DNA of 63,588 bases, counting the filler, from Hydrolagus affinis (lineage: Eukaryota): NCBI GenBank assembly GCA_012026655.1. It is 4 parts of 4 records of this genome, joined end to end, with 100 filler letters (N's around TTAATTAATTAA, not from the genome) between each part and the next. Parts side by side here need not be neighbours in the genome. Positions count along the whole stretch, not along the records: positions 51,650 to 63,588 come from JAAILG010022744.1; 3 more parts are not named here. One strand, written 5' to 3'. This document shows, in pieces, positions 62,600 to 63,588 of the stretch. The position numbers and the translations under genes were made by a program. Within the stretch, counting starts at the first letter, position 1, and each line of letters begins with the position of its first letter. A model generated the notes under the pieces. The model did not search any database and was not told where the DNA came from. It worked only from the letters and a program-made list of their open reading frames with translations.

Positions 62600-63500
62600 C
62601 CCTTCTAGAAAATAGGAGGGTCTTGAGGAGGCAAGGGAGGAAGCGAGGCAAAGGGACTGTGGGATGCAGTTCCATTGGCACCAACAAAGTGGAGATGAGG
62701 AGAGAGATAAGAGTCAAATGATGTGAGGGCAGATCCACGAAGATGGATTAGAGAGGATAGGTGGTGTAGGAAGAGGAAGTGCTCGATATCAAAGGCAGCA
62801 AAGAGGTCAAGGAGGACAAGGCGGCAGAGGAAGCCCTGATTGCAGATGTTTAAAGTGTAATTAAAGACTTTGACTAGGGTTGTCTTCATGCTGTGCTCAG
62901 CATGGGATTTGGATAGAAGGGGTTCAAAGAGGAAATGGCAAGAAAGAAAGGAATGAAATTGGAACACAACAACTCTTTCCAGGGCCTTGGAGAGGAACGG
63001 GAGGTTTGAGATGGGCCGGTAACTACAGAGTATGCATCAGACTTTTTCAAGAAGTGGGTGATGACACCTGTTTTAAGAGGTGTGGGCATGGTGCTGGTGG
63101 ATAAGGAGTGATTGATGATGTTGGTTAGGAGGTGGGGCTAGGAGGTACGGATGGGAGATGTGGAGAGAAATGGAGATCTCTGAGATGCTGTCCGGCGTGG
63201 AGGTAAAATATAAATCGAAGTTGTTGTTGTTGTTGTTGATGAGATGGGGTGAGGTGAGGAGGTGGGAGGGGTGTGGGTCATGGGGGAGAGGTAACAGCAG
63301 TTATCAGTAGAAGGAGTAGAAGTGGCTGAATGGATTAACTCGGTTTTAGATTCGAGGAAGTCCAGCGTCTCACAGTTTGAATTGGAGGATAGGATGAGTG
63401 AGGCTTCGGTTGGTGGATGGATAAAGTGATTTTGGTGGAGAAGGGTAGCCTGGGGGTATTCCTTGTCTTCAAATCTTATCTTGGAATACAAGCAAGACTT
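62600..63500 (-). mobile_element. L2 LINE RT fragment (degenerate)
   Basis: HSMKTTLVKVFN..LVLLDLFAAFD..HLSSLIHLRGSALTSFDSYLS resembles the L2 RT motif. Confidence 0.7.
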
Positions 63501-63588
63501 GGCAAATGCAAGGGTGAGTGGTAGGTATTATTATGATCTAGCCAAATCAGTTCAGATGACTCGATCTGTCAGAGCAGCAGACAGGGAG

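Noticed and set aside
144-63491. Most ORFs in the six-frame track (Pro/Ser-rich, Gly/Glu-rich or CV-repeat peptides)
   Set aside because: They are alternative frames or antisense of L2, CR1, SINE and microsatellite sequence

Overview
Vertebrate, intron-containing DNA from a cartilaginous fish (shark, ray or chimaera; species not determinable), dense in DeuSINE-like tRNA-SINEs and L2, CR1 and Penelope fragments. It has four assembly gaps, three of them unsized 100-nt placeholders. Manual exon walking (GT-AG sites, phase continuity) recovers five genes with an antigen-receptor-like architecture and no RSS seen in them: leader - pre-joined V(J) - C1 - TM - cytoplasmic tail. Gene C (7.2-15.2 kb, minus) has an NKp30-like VJ domain plus C1. 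Genes A and B form a head-to-head pair about 2 kb apart with paralogous C1 domains. A carries a juxtamembrane CKC motif and an ITIM (VVYDSL); B carries a canonical FGNG J motif. The A/B cassette occurs twice as mirror-image arms (about 24.7-36.7 kb and 40.0-51.5 kb) with reciprocal damage: left A and right B carry nonsense codons, while left B and right A are open over the exons visible. To the right lies an IgM-type heavy-chain cluster (minus). Its V is already fused to a D-like stretch followed by a 12-RSS, its short J has an 11-nt-spacer RSS, and its CH1 has an in-frame stop. The top candidate novel system is a germline-encoded, probably heterodimeric V-C1 inhibitory receptor pair beside an IgH cluster. 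Arm orientation and linkage to IgH depend on scaffold joins. No expression or database evidence was available.
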